DNA of 64,000 nt from Maricaulaceae bacterium (lineage in GTDB: Bacteria > Pseudomonadota > Alphaproteobacteria > Caulobacterales > Maricaulaceae). The stretch spans positions 368 through 64,367 of the forward strand of contig JBMYWT010000002.1 in assembly GCA_049607665.1 (NCBI GenBank). Direction: 5' to 3'. Position 1 is the first letter of the stretch; the number at the start of each line of letters is the position of its first letter. The translations under genes were made by a program, and so were the position numbers. Under the pieces are notes generated by a model. The model saw only the letters and a list, made by a program, of their open reading frames with translations, searched no databases and was not told the origin of the DNA. This document shows, piece after piece, positions 32,111 through 40,893 of this stretch.

Positions 32111-33532
32111 ATGGTTGACGGTCTTATTTCCCGGCGTCTTTCGGGTAAACTGCTACTCATGACAATTGGTTTTGTCATGCTAGCGGAGCTTTTGCTGTTT
32201 ATCCCATCGGCTACTGTTTTCCGGCAAGATTATATTGAAGAGCGCGCAGAACGGGCGGGCCATCTCGCGCTCGCATTAATGGGCGTGCCAGATTACGAAG
32301 GCAGCGAAATTCTCTCGCAAAAATTCATGAGCGACACGGATGTTATCATGGTGTCATCTAAGCATGACGGCATGTCGGAATTGATATTGGGTATGCCTCC
32401 GCATGACGGAGAATTTGACGTTGTCGATTTAAGAGTAGAGCGCCGCTTGCCAGGGTTTCGTTATGCGTTTGGTTCTTTTTTCGGAAGTGACCAAGGTTAT
32501 TTGCGGGTTTTGGCCAATCCTGTGATTGATACGCATGACGTAATTGAAATTATTTTGCCAAAGTCGTCTTTGAAAGAAGAGATGCGGGCCTATTTTGGAC
32601 GTGTTTTTTGGCTCTCGCTGCTTATTGCGATCGTTACAGGGGGCATGATTTACTTTGCTCTTTCTGCGATGATTGTACGTCCAATTAAACATCTTGCGGA
32701 TGGCCTCGCAGCTTTTCGCGAAGACCCAGAAAAGCGCCGCGCGGCTTTGCTGCCTTCTAGTCGCCGCGATGAAATTGGACGTCTAGAGCGTGAATTTTAC
32801 GATATGAAACAAAGCGTACGGGCCTCGTTCCAACAGCGCGAACGGCTTGCGTCGTTGGGCATGGCTGTTGCCAAAATAAACCATGACTTGAGGAATGTTT
32901 TAACCTCAGCGCAGCTTGTTTCTGATCGTATAGCAATGGATAAAGATGAACGTGTGGCCGTGATGGGTGAGCGCTTAGTCAGAGCCGTCGATCGCGGCAT
33001 TCGCTTGTGTAGTGATGTGCTAAGTTACTCGAAAGGCACGACAGACCCTGTTGAGATAGAGACTATCCGTATTGCGCTCTTAGTTGGCGAAGTTGCGGGT
33101 GATACTTTGGGGCAGTTCCGGCGCAATGATAAGCCCATAGAGTTTATCAATAAAATTCCAAGTGAATTGGCCGTAAGAGCGGATCCAGATGATGTCTACC
33201 GTATCATTCACAATCTTTTTCGGAATTCTGGCCAAGCAATACAAGGACGTTTTGTGGGGGTTGATGATGTTGAGCCGCCGGCAAGAATTATCGTTACGAC
33301 GAGTACGGAAGGCGGCGAAGTGAGACTGTCTGTGATGGATACGGGGCCAGGCCTACCGAAAAAGGCTTTGGATAACCTTTTTCAAGCTTTTACAGGCGGG
33401 ACAAGTCACGATAGTTCTGGACTTGGCCTTACGATATCGCGTGACCTTGCTCGGGATCAAGATGGCGAGCTTTCGCTCGCCCATACGGGGGCTGACGGTA
33501 CCGAATTTATTCTGACATTAAAAGCGGCCTGA
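32111..33532 (+). CDS. membrane sensor histidine kinase (HAMP-HisKA-HATPase); no adjacent response regulator
   Basis: Two TM segments, the HAMP-like IVRPIKHLADGLAAF, the H-box AKINHDLRNVLTSAQL, and the G-boxes DTGPGLP and GLGLTISRDLA. Confidence 0.85.
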   Translation: MVDGLISRRLSGKLLLMTIGFVMLAELLLFIPSATVFRQDYIEERAERAGHLALALMGVPDYEGSEILSQKFMSDTDVIMVSSKHDGMSELILGMPPHDGEFDVVDLRVERRLPGFRYAFGSFFGSDQGYLRVLANPVIDTHDVIEIILPKSSLKEEMRAYFGRVFWLSLLIAIVTGGMIYFALSAMIVRPIKHLADGLAAFREDPEKRRAALLPSSRRDEIGRLEREFYDMKQSVRASFQQRERLASLGMAVAKINHDLRNVLTSAQLVSDRIAMDKDERVAVMGERLVRAVDRGIRLCSDVLSYSKGTTDPVEIETIRIALLVGEVAGDTLGQFRRNDKPIEFINKIPSELAVRADPDDVYRIIHNLFRNSGQAIQGRFVGVDDVEPPARIIVTTSTEGGEVRLSVMDTGPGLPKKALDNLFQAFTGGTSHDSSGLGLTISRDLARDQDGELSLAHTGADGTEFILTLKAA

Positions 33533-33542
33533 GCGTTCAAAA

Positions 33543-34844
33543 CTAGTCTTCGTTTTTATAAACCACGCCACCTTTCATAACAAAATCAACATCAAGAAGT
33601 TCTTCAATATCTGTGAGCGGGTTACCTTTAACCGCGATCATGTCGGCATATTTACCTGCTTCAAGTGTTCCGATTTGATCTTTCATGCCAATATGTTCTG
33701 CGGCTTTTATGGTCGCGGCTTTGATTGAATCTTGCGCGCTCATGCCGGCTTTTTTCATATAAATAAATTCTTGCGCGTTCTCGCCGTGTTTGGACACGCC
33801 CGTGTCTGTACCAAAGGCGACATTGACGCCGTTCTCCCATGCAATACGGAGCATGTCTTGCATTTGCGGCCCAACTTCGAGGGCCTTTTTAGCAGAGGCT
33901 GGCGGAAGAAAGCCGCCCTCTGTGGCCCAATCAACAACGGTCATCCCGGCGAGCACAGTTGGGATCAATGTAGCGTCATGCTTTTTGAACAGGCGTGTTG
34001 TTTCTGTGTCCATATAGGTTCCGTGCTCAATGGATTTTACGCCCGCTTTTAACGCGGCTTCAATGCCGCCTTTACTGTGGGCATGAGCTGTCACTTTGCG
34101 TCCCATAGTGGCGGCGCTTTCGACAATAGCCACAAGCTCGTCTTCGAAAAACTGTTGGCCAGTGCCTGCGGCCGTATTGGATAGCACGCCGCCCGTGGCC
34201 GTAATTTTGACAACGTCAGCACCTGATTTAATCGCAGAGCGGGTGGCCCGTCGACAATCCGATGGCCCGTCGCAAATCGTGGGAGGTTGCATGACCTTTA
34301 AGATATCATGGCGGTAGCCATGCACGTCGCCATGCCCACCCGTCACAGAGACAGCAGGCCCCGAAGCGCGTATGTGTGGCCCCGGAATTTTCCCAGCTGC
34401 AATCGCATCGCGTAACGCAAAAACACTTAAAGGCCCGCCCACATCTTGGACAGCTGTAAATCCGGCTTCAAGCGTTTTACGCGCGTTCATCGCGGCGTCA
34501 TAGGCAACGTCGCCATCAGATTTTGTCGCGCCGTCTAGACGGTTATTTTTGTTCCATTCCCCGCGTAAATGCACGTGGCTGTCGATTAAGCCGGGCAGGA
34601 CAAAGCTATCTTTTAAATCAATGACCTTGGCGCCGGCACTGATGGTATATCCATCTGTTACGGAAACAATTTTACCATCCCGCAACGTAAGGGTTTGCGC
34701 CGTTTTTGGGGCCAAGCCCGGAACTGCTAAAACAGTTCCCGCATGAATAAGCGTGTCTTGTTCTTGGCCTTCGGCGGAGGCAGGCAAGAGGGCAAGGGCG
34801 AGAGCCGTCGCGAGTGAAGCTTTAAGTAAATCTTTGCACGGCAT
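33543..34844 (-). CDS. exported amidohydrolase-family metallo-hydrolase
   Basis: Signal peptide. The LPGLIDSHVHL metal-binding motif, HAHS and GTD motifs fit the amidohydrolase_1 (Xaa-Pro dipeptidase/imidazolonepropionase-like) family. Confidence 0.8.
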   Translation of the reverse strand: MPCKDLLKASLATALALALLPASAEGQEQDTLIHAGTVLAVPGLAPKTAQTLTLRDGKIVSVTDGYTISAGAKVIDLKDSFVLPGLIDSHVHLRGEWNKNNRLDGATKSDGDVAYDAAMNARKTLEAGFTAVQDVGGPLSVFALRDAIAAGKIPGPHIRASGPAVSVTGGHGDVHGYRHDILKVMQPPTICDGPSDCRRATRSAIKSGADVVKITATGGVLSNTAAGTGQQFFEDELVAIVESAATMGRKVTAHAHSKGGIEAALKAGVKSIEHGTYMDTETTRLFKKHDATLIPTVLAGMTVVDWATEGGFLPPASAKKALEVGPQMQDMLRIAWENGVNVAFGTDTGVSKHGENAQEFIYMKKAGMSAQDSIKAATIKAAEHIGMKDQIGTLEAGKYADMIAVKGNPLTDIEELLDVDFVMKGGVVYKNED

Positions 34845-34859
34845 ATATGTCCCCTTAGT

Positions 34860-36131
34860 TTATAATGCGTGATGCGCGATATCTCGGCGGCAAAAACCTT
34901 CGGGCCAGTCAATTGCGTCATCTATCGCTTTATAGCCTAACGAGACTGCGTCCCGAATGGAAGGGGCTTGGGCCGTGATATTTAAAACCCGTCCGCCAGC
35001 CGCGCAAATGTCGCCTTTGTTGTCACGTTTTGTGCCTGCGTGAAATACGACAACACCGTCCATATCATTCGCAGCCTCTAGCCCGCTGATTTTAGAGCCC
35101 TTTGGATAGCTTCCAGGATAGCCTTTAGCTGCGAGCACGATATTGATCACGGGATCATTAAACCAACCAGGCGCTGCGCATTTATCAAGCGTTCCTGCTT
35201 CGGCGTGGATTAAAATATCCATTAGATCAGATTGCAGGCGGCGCATAATAACTTGGCATTCGGGGTCCCCGAAGCGCGCATTATATTCAATTAACTTCGG
35301 CCCGTCCTTGGTCATCATCAGACCCGCAAACAACACGCCCTTAAATGTATTGCCATCTTTGGCCATACCGTAAACCGTGGGCTGGATGATTTTTTCCATC
35401 ACGGTTATCATTTGTTCCTGCGTGAAAACAGGCGCAGGGGAATAAGCGCCCATGCCACCCGTGTTCGGGCCTTTGTCGCCATCAAAAGCGCGTTTGTGGT
35501 CTTGCGCCCCAATCAGCGGGAGCGCGGTTTCGCCGTCAGAAATCGCAAAAAAGCTGACCTCTTGGCCTGTCATAAATTCTTCGATCACGACCTTTGTGCT
35601 GGCTTCGCCAAACTTGCCTGAGAAAAACTCATCGAGTTCACTTTCCGCCTCTTTCAACGTTTCAGGAATGACCACGCCTTTGCCCGCCGCCAATCCGTCG
35701 GCCTTCAAAACGTAAGGGGCTTTCATCGTTTTTAGGAAAGCTTTGGCTTCTTTCAAATCGGTAAAGACGCCGTAATCTGCTGTTGGGATGTCGTATCGCT
35801 TGCAGAAATCCTTGGTAAAGGATTTAGACGATTCGAGCTGCGCAGCGGCTTTGGTTGGGCCAAAGACCTTCACGCCTTTGTCTTGGAGCATATCGACAAG
35901 GCCCATCGCCAGCGGCACTTCGGGGCCGACGACAACAAAATCATATCCGCCGCGATCAATCAGCGCGAGCAAGCCGATAATGTCGTCGGCCTTAACGTCC
36001 ACACAAGCGGCGACTTCGGCGATGCCCGCATTGCCGGGGGCGCAGGTGATGTCTGTGACTTTGTCGCTCTGCGCCATTTTCCACGCCAAAGCATGTTCGC
36101 GTCCGCCTGAGCCGATCAATAAAACGTTCAT
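34860..36131 (-). CDS. purD: phosphoribosylamine--glycine ligase
   Basis: The canonical N-terminus MNVLLIGSGGREHALAWK begins at 36131. The ATP-grasp core and GPNTGGMGAYSP are present. The 59-codon upstream extension in the ORF track looks non-coding. Confidence 0.93.
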   Translation of the reverse strand: MNVLLIGSGGREHALAWKMAQSDKVTDITCAPGNAGIAEVAACVDVKADDIIGLLALIDRGGYDFVVVGPEVPLAMGLVDMLQDKGVKVFGPTKAAAQLESSKSFTKDFCKRYDIPTADYGVFTDLKEAKAFLKTMKAPYVLKADGLAAGKGVVIPETLKEAESELDEFFSGKFGEASTKVVIEEFMTGQEVSFFAISDGETALPLIGAQDHKRAFDGDKGPNTGGMGAYSPAPVFTQEQMITVMEKIIQPTVYGMAKDGNTFKGVLFAGLMMTKDGPKLIEYNARFGDPECQVIMRRLQSDLMDILIHAEAGTLDKCAAPGWFNDPVINIVLAAKGYPGSYPKGSKISGLEAANDMDGVVVFHAGTKRDNKGDICAAGGRVLNITAQAPSIRDAVSLGYKAIDDAIDWPEGFCRRDIAHHAL

Positions 36132-36203
36132 TTTCGTTCCAATCTGTGATTCCTTGCTGCGCCTTTTAGGGTATAAAGACTGCGAATCCAATGAAAGAGA
36201 CCC

Positions 36204-37697
36204 GTGCCTGTAGATTATAATTCCAACGCCGCCACGAATGCTCATGAATATTCGGTCTCCGAATTGGCGCAGACGCTCAAGCGCACAATCGAAGACACAT
36301 TCGGCCATGTCCGCGTGCGCGGGGAACTGGGCCGCGTAACGATTGCTAAATCAGGCCATTGTTATTTGGACGTCAAAGACGACAAAGCGGTAATTAATTC
36401 CATCATCTGGAAAGGCCAAATGAGCCGCCTGTCGATGCTACCCGAAGAAGGCATGGAAGTCATTTGCGAAGGTAAGTTGACGACATATCCTGGGCGGTCG
36501 AACTATCAGCTCGTGATCTCCAAAATGGAACTGGCGGGCGCAGGCGCGCTCATGGCGCTGTTTGAGAAACGCAAAACAATGCTTGCCGCCGAAGGTCTGT
36601 TCGATCAGGCGCGTAAGGTTGAATTGCCTTTCATGCCGAAAACCATCGGTGTTGTTACTTCGCCGACTGGTAGCGTGATCCGCGATATTCTGCACCGCAT
36701 AGAAGACCGCTTCCCGTCGCACGTGCTGGTTTGGCCCGTGTTAGTGCAGGGCGATAAGGCGGCGGCGCAAATTGCGGGCGCGATTACAGGGTTTAATCAT
36801 GCCGAAGGGTTCCCGCGTCCTGATGTTCTCATCGTCGCGCGCGGCGGTGGATCGCTCGAAGATTTATGGTGTTTCAACGAGGAAGTCGTGGTGCGCGCTG
36901 CGGCGGCGTCAAATATTCCGTTAATTGCAGCGGTAGGCCACGAAACCGATTGGACATTAATTGACTATGCCGCCGATTACCGCGCGCCAACACCTACGGG
37001 CGCAGCCGAAGTTGCGGTCCCTGTGCGCGCCGATTGGCTTACGACGCTGGAAGATTACGGCCTGCGCCTGACGCGGGGGTTACAGCGTAATACGCGAGAG
37101 AAAACAGCGCGTTTATCAGGCGCGCGCCTGCCACGATTGGATACAGTCTTGGCCGCGCCGCGTCAGCGTTTGGATTTGGCGGTGTCTAAACTCCCGAGCC
37201 TGACGAATTTGTTTTCCGCCAAGGCCCACAGGTTACAGCTCGCGAAACTCCCGCCCTTGGGCCGCATCACCGAACGTCCCGCACAGCGCCTGCACAACAT
37301 TTCAATGCGTTTACGTCCGACGACGATTCAACACAAACACAGCCACCTTGAAACGGCGCTCTCAGGATTATCCCGCAGAGCCAACACACAAATGAAAACG
37401 CAACTCGAAGGCCGCCAAGCGCGGTTGGAGCGGGCAGGTAAATTGCTCACGGCCTATAGCTACCAAGGCGTCCTCGAACGCGGCTTTGCGATTGTTCAAG
37501 ATGCGGACGGCGGAGTCGTGAAAACAGGCGCTGAATTATCCTCCGGGCAGGGCGTGGAACTTGTGTTTGCGGACGGGCATCGCAGCGCGGTTATTGACGG
37601 CGAAGGCGCGATTGCGCCACTAAAAGTTAAGCCGAAAACCAAACCCAAAAAAGCAAAACCGCCCGCCGCTAATACGGCTCAGGCGGATTTGTTCTAA
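36204..37697 (+). CDS. xseA: exodeoxyribonuclease VII large subunit
   Basis: The OB-fold N-terminus YSVSELAQTLKRTIEDTFGHVRVRGEL, IGVVTSPTGSVIRDIL, and ARGGGSLEDLWCFN. Confidence 0.9.
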   Translation: MPVDYNSNAATNAHEYSVSELAQTLKRTIEDTFGHVRVRGELGRVTIAKSGHCYLDVKDDKAVINSIIWKGQMSRLSMLPEEGMEVICEGKLTTYPGRSNYQLVISKMELAGAGALMALFEKRKTMLAAEGLFDQARKVELPFMPKTIGVVTSPTGSVIRDILHRIEDRFPSHVLVWPVLVQGDKAAAQIAGAITGFNHAEGFPRPDVLIVARGGGSLEDLWCFNEEVVVRAAAASNIPLIAAVGHETDWTLIDYAADYRAPTPTGAAEVAVPVRADWLTTLEDYGLRLTRGLQRNTREKTARLSGARLPRLDTVLAAPRQRLDLAVSKLPSLTNLFSAKAHRLQLAKLPPLGRITERPAQRLHNISMRLRPTTIQHKHSHLETALSGLSRRANTQMKTQLEGRQARLERAGKLLTAYSYQGVLERGFAIVQDADGGVVKTGAELSSGQGVELVFADGHRSAVIDGEGAIAPLKVKPKTKPKKAKPPAANTAQADLF

Positions 37698-37746
37698 ATT
37701 GAAATTCAATCCCTATAAATTGCAATCAATACCCAGTTAAACCGCA

Positions 37747-37920
37747 GGTCATACAGTATTCAACTCTAGGTCATACAGCACAACCCAGAGTCATACAGCA
37801 TTCTTACAGCATCTATACAGCATTGATGCAGTATCTTTACAGCACGCGTACAGCATTGTGAACGCATCCTTGCAGCATGATGAACGCATCTTTACAGTAT
37901 AAAGACAGCATTTGCTGCCA
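37747..37920. repeat. degenerate tandem array: three units of about 21 bp, then eleven 11-bp units (consensus ACAGCATYTTT)
   Basis: The core [AG][AC][AC]G[CT]A sits at 37753, 37775 and 37795, and then at every 11 bp from 37795 to 37905. The region is non-coding, between the xseA stop (37697) and the sahR-like start (38010). Confidence 0.85.
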
Positions 37921-38009
37921 AATCGATTCGTTAAATCAGCATATAAAGAAAATAGCATATAAAAATTTTGTTATATCTTTTTGTGTAAAGTTATGCTACG
38001 TCTCCGCGC

Positions 38010-38972
38010 ATGGAAAATATTGCGCAAATTCTCAAAGTCCTCGGCCATCCAGAACGTCTCCGTATTTTGGCGCTTCTCTCGCGCGGCGAACTTACAGTCA
38101 GCGAGCTTGTCCAAATCATGGAGCTTAGTCAGCCGCGCATGACGCAATATATCAACTCGCTCGAAAAGGCGGGAATCATTGAACGCCTCAAAGAAGGCAG
38201 TTGGGTGTTCTCACGTTTGCGCCGGGGCAATGCTGCTGTTACGGCTCTTGTGGCAACGACGCTTAGCGCTCTGCCGGAAAGTGACGAGATGTTGCAATCC
38301 GATTTGGCCCGCCTTGAAGATGTTCGCGCTGAGCGCTCTAAGGCCGCCGAAGCCTTCTTTGCTAATGTCGCCAATGACCGAGGGCAACTTGGCCATGAAT
38401 ACCTGCCGCAGGATGATATTGAACGCGCCATGACGGCCGCCGTCGGTGATGGCCCATTTGATTTCATGGTCGATTTGGGCACAGGTACGGGCCGCGTACT
38501 TTCTGTGTTTGCGGATAAAATCACGCGCGGGTCGGGCATCGATAATAATACTCAAATGTTAAAAGTCGCGAGGCATAAACTCGCCTCCGAAGGCCATGAC
38601 CATATTTCTGTACGCCAAGGGAATTTGCTGAACGTCCCGCTAGAGACAGGCTGCGCCGATCTTGTGACCATCCACCAAGTGTTGCATTATTTGGATGACC
38701 CAAGCGAGGCCATCACAGAGGCCGCGCGCCTCTTGCGTCCCGGTGGGCAGCTTTTGATTGTCGATTTTGAAACGCATACCCTTGATGAGTTCCGCGAAAC
38801 TTACGCCCATCGCCGCCTTGGTTTTACCGACCAAGATCTGGGGCAATGGCTGGGGGAACATAACCTGCGGCTCGCGCCGTCGACCTTGATACAATCAAGC
38901 GACGCCAAGCGGCCCAATGTTAAAATTTGGTCGGCGCGCCTTCCGCGTTTCCCTGCCTATAAAGAGGCTTAA
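38010..38972 (+). CDS. sahR: ArsR-type wHTH regulator fused to a SAM-dependent-methyltransferase-like domain (SahR-like)
   Basis: The N-terminal ArsR HTH is LKVLGHPERLRILALLSRGELTVSELVQIMELSQPRMTQYINSLEKAGII. The C-terminal MTase fold is VDLGTGTGR...LRPGGQLLIVDF. The gene lies immediately upstream of metF, as in described SahR loci. The gene name is inferred from architecture and context. Confidence 0.72.
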   Translation: MENIAQILKVLGHPERLRILALLSRGELTVSELVQIMELSQPRMTQYINSLEKAGIIERLKEGSWVFSRLRRGNAAVTALVATTLSALPESDEMLQSDLARLEDVRAERSKAAEAFFANVANDRGQLGHEYLPQDDIERAMTAAVGDGPFDFMVDLGTGTGRVLSVFADKITRGSGIDNNTQMLKVARHKLASEGHDHISVRQGNLLNVPLETGCADLVTIHQVLHYLDDPSEAITEAARLLRPGGQLLIVDFETHTLDEFRETYAHRRLGFTDQDLGQWLGEHNLRLAPSTLIQSSDAKRPNVKIWSARLPRFPAYKEA

Positions 38973-38975
38973 GTC

Positions 38976-39932
38976 ATGGGACTACAGGCCCGCACACATA
39001 GCCCCAACAGCCCCGCGTCCTTGCGTAGTCTCGGCCCCGTCGCGCGCATGGCGGGATCGCGTTCTGACCACGTCAAAGTCAGCTATGAGTTCTTCCCCCC
39101 GAAGAATAAAAAGACCGAAGAGACGCTCTGGGATTGCATCACAAAGCTTGAACCGCTCTCGCCCGATTTCGTCTCAGTTACATATGGCGCAGGCGGTTCA
39201 ACGCGCGAACGCACCCACCGCACGGTCACAAGAATTGCAAACGAGACAAACCTCAAACCCGCCTCGCACCTCACTTGCGTCGGCGCGAGCCGAGGTGACA
39301 TTGACGCCATCGCGGATGAATATTGGGCGGCGGGCATTCGCCACATCGTCGCGTTGCGGGGCGACTCGCCAGACGGTATCGACCAAGCCTATACGCCGCA
39401 TGAAACAGGCTATGCTTACGGCTCTGATTTGGTCGCGGGGCTAAAGGCGCGCCACGATTTTGAAGTCTCCGTCGCCGCCTATCCCGACCGCCACCCAGAG
39501 AGCGGGAACTGGAGCGCAGAGATTGACAATTTGAAACGCAAGGTCGATGCGGGCGCCAACCGCGCGATCACGCAGTTTTTCTTCTCTGCGGAAACCTTTC
39601 TGCGCTACCAAGACCGTATCGCGGACGCAGGCATCGACATCACATTAGTGCCGGGATTAATGATGCAGCCCAATTTCGCAGGGCTACAACGCATGAGCAA
39701 AATGTGCGGCGTCACCGTTCCCGATTGGTACGCCGAATTGTTCGAAGGTCTCGACGCGGACACCAACGCACGGCAGCTCCTAACGGCAGCCCTGACATCG
39801 GAACTCACCGCGCAACTCTATGATGAAGGCGTCAATCACTTCCACCTCTACACGCTAAACCGCCCCGACATCGCCGTGGCGGTGAGCCGGGTTGTGGGGT
39901 TGCACACAAGGCGTAAGGCATTAGTGGGTTAG
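38976..39932 (+). CDS. metF: 5,10-methylenetetrahydrofolate reductase
   Basis: VSYEFFPPK, FVSVTYGAGGSTRERT, HLTCVG, ALRGD and the FFFSAETFLRY motifs. AAGAGG lies upstream of the ATG at 38976; an internal start at 39048 is possible. Confidence 0.9.
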   Translation: MGLQARTHSPNSPASLRSLGPVARMAGSRSDHVKVSYEFFPPKNKKTEETLWDCITKLEPLSPDFVSVTYGAGGSTRERTHRTVTRIANETNLKPASHLTCVGASRGDIDAIADEYWAAGIRHIVALRGDSPDGIDQAYTPHETGYAYGSDLVAGLKARHDFEVSVAAYPDRHPESGNWSAEIDNLKRKVDAGANRAITQFFFSAETFLRYQDRIADAGIDITLVPGLMMQPNFAGLQRMSKMCGVTVPDWYAELFEGLDADTNARQLLTAALTSELTAQLYDEGVNHFHLYTLNRPDIAVAVSRVVGLHTRRKALVG

Positions 39933-39943
39933 TTCCAATTTCA

Positions 39944-40064
39944 CCTCATCCTGAGGCGCAGGCGAAGCCTGCGGGACTCGAAGGATTGGTATAGTTCGCG
40001 AGCTTCATTCTCACCATTCGCCCGAACCCTTCGAGACGGCGCAAAGCGCCTCCTCAGGATGAGG
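39944..40064. repeat. REP/MITE-like nested palindromic element
   Basis: The 13-bp perfect arms CCTCATCCTGAGG (39944-39956) and CCTCAGGATGAGG (40052-40064). The inner arms are CTCGAAGG (39977-39984) and CCTTCGAG (40028-40035). Each arm has its own small hairpin (CGCAGGCgaaGCCTGCG, GGCGCaaaGCGCC). Confidence 0.6.
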
Positions 40065-40152
40065 GCTTAGTTTGGTATTAAGTTTGTAACAAACTTTCTA
40101 TCGCCGTTGAGATAAATGCGAGAACGACGGAGCAAAACTAGCATCAAACTCT

Positions 40153-40239
40153 CCCGCTCATCCCAGACTTGATCTGGGATCTCCTTGTGGCGGGCTTTAC
40201 TCTTCCTAAGATCCCAGCTTCTGCAGGGATGAGCGCGGG
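40153..40239. repeat. second REP/MITE-like nested palindromic element
   Basis: The 10-bp arms CGCTCATCCC (40155-40164) and GGGATGAGCG (40226-40235). The inner 8-bp arms are CTGGGATC (40174-40181) and GATCCCAG (40210-40217). There is a hairpin CCCAGActtgaTCTGGG (40162-40178). Confidence 0.55.
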
Positions 40240-40304
40240 GTGGGGAGGTGTCTTGCAACGCATAAAATTTTGGCTTTTTGCGGGGAAGAGTGTAGGCTAT
40301 TTTT

Positions 40305-40886
40305 ATGACAAATTTTTCGCAGGCAAAACATCAGACACATAAAGAAAGCCTGTGGCGGTTTTTGGCTTTGATCGGAATTTTGGCGACTTATTTTTTCTAT
40401 ATGAGCTGGAAGTTTGATGCGGCCACGGGAGCGTGGCTGGCGGTGCTCAGTTGGAGCTTTTTTGTGCTGTGTACGCCCGTCGCGGACGGCGGGTTTATTG
40501 TGGCGTTTCCTGTGCGACTTTTGTTTGGCGCGCGTATGCTTATTACGCAAATTGTGGTGTGGGTTGTCGCGATTGCCGTGAATATCGCGGGGCTTAATCT
40601 CTCACCTGAGAGCTACCAAGATACGGCGCTGACGCGCTTGCTAGCCACGATCCTAACGACGCCGTGGCCCTATTGGAGTATCCTGCTGATATCTGCGGCG
40701 GGGACGGGGCTTTCGATTTGGTTTGGCGATGAAATGATGGATGTGACCACGCATGAAAACAGAGATAAATATCACGCGCATGGGTTCAAACATAAGGGGA
40801 TTGTGATCTTGGCCCTCGGCGTTTTGACGGTACTGGCCTATTATCAATTGCTCCGTGATTTGGGCGTGAAAATCCCAGGCGCATAG
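40305..40886 (+). CDS. hypothetical polytopic membrane protein
   Basis: 193-aa ORF with about 5 hydrophobic helices. I recognise no family. It ends 7 nt before the DUF1704 gene. Confidence 0.55.
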   Translation: MTNFSQAKHQTHKESLWRFLALIGILATYFFYMSWKFDAATGAWLAVLSWSFFVLCTPVADGGFIVAFPVRLLFGARMLITQIVVWVVAIAVNIAGLNLSPESYQDTALTRLLATILTTPWPYWSILLISAAGTGLSIWFGDEMMDVTTHENRDKYHAHGFKHKGIVILALGVLTVLAYYQLLRDLGVKIPGA

Positions 40887-40893
40887 GGCGGCT

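Noticed and set aside
36132-36308. A 59-codon N-terminal extension of purD in the ORF track
   Set aside because: The canonical PurD N-terminus MNVLLIGSGGREHALAWK starts at 36131. The extension overlaps the divergent xseA start and looks non-coding.
37747-37920. Whether the repeat array could be a CRISPR array or a minisatellite inside a gene
   Set aside because: The units are only 11 bp with no unique spacers, and no cas genes are in the window. The only ORF across it (37877-38128) is a low-complexity AT-rich frame without an RBS that runs into the sahR-like start. I keep it as a non-coding phased repeat.
40206-40550. A 114-aa minus-strand ORF rich in Lys, Arg, His and Gln
   Set aside because: It overlaps the REP-like element and the 5' end of the plus-strand membrane-protein gene. 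Its composition is typical of a reverse-frame artefact.
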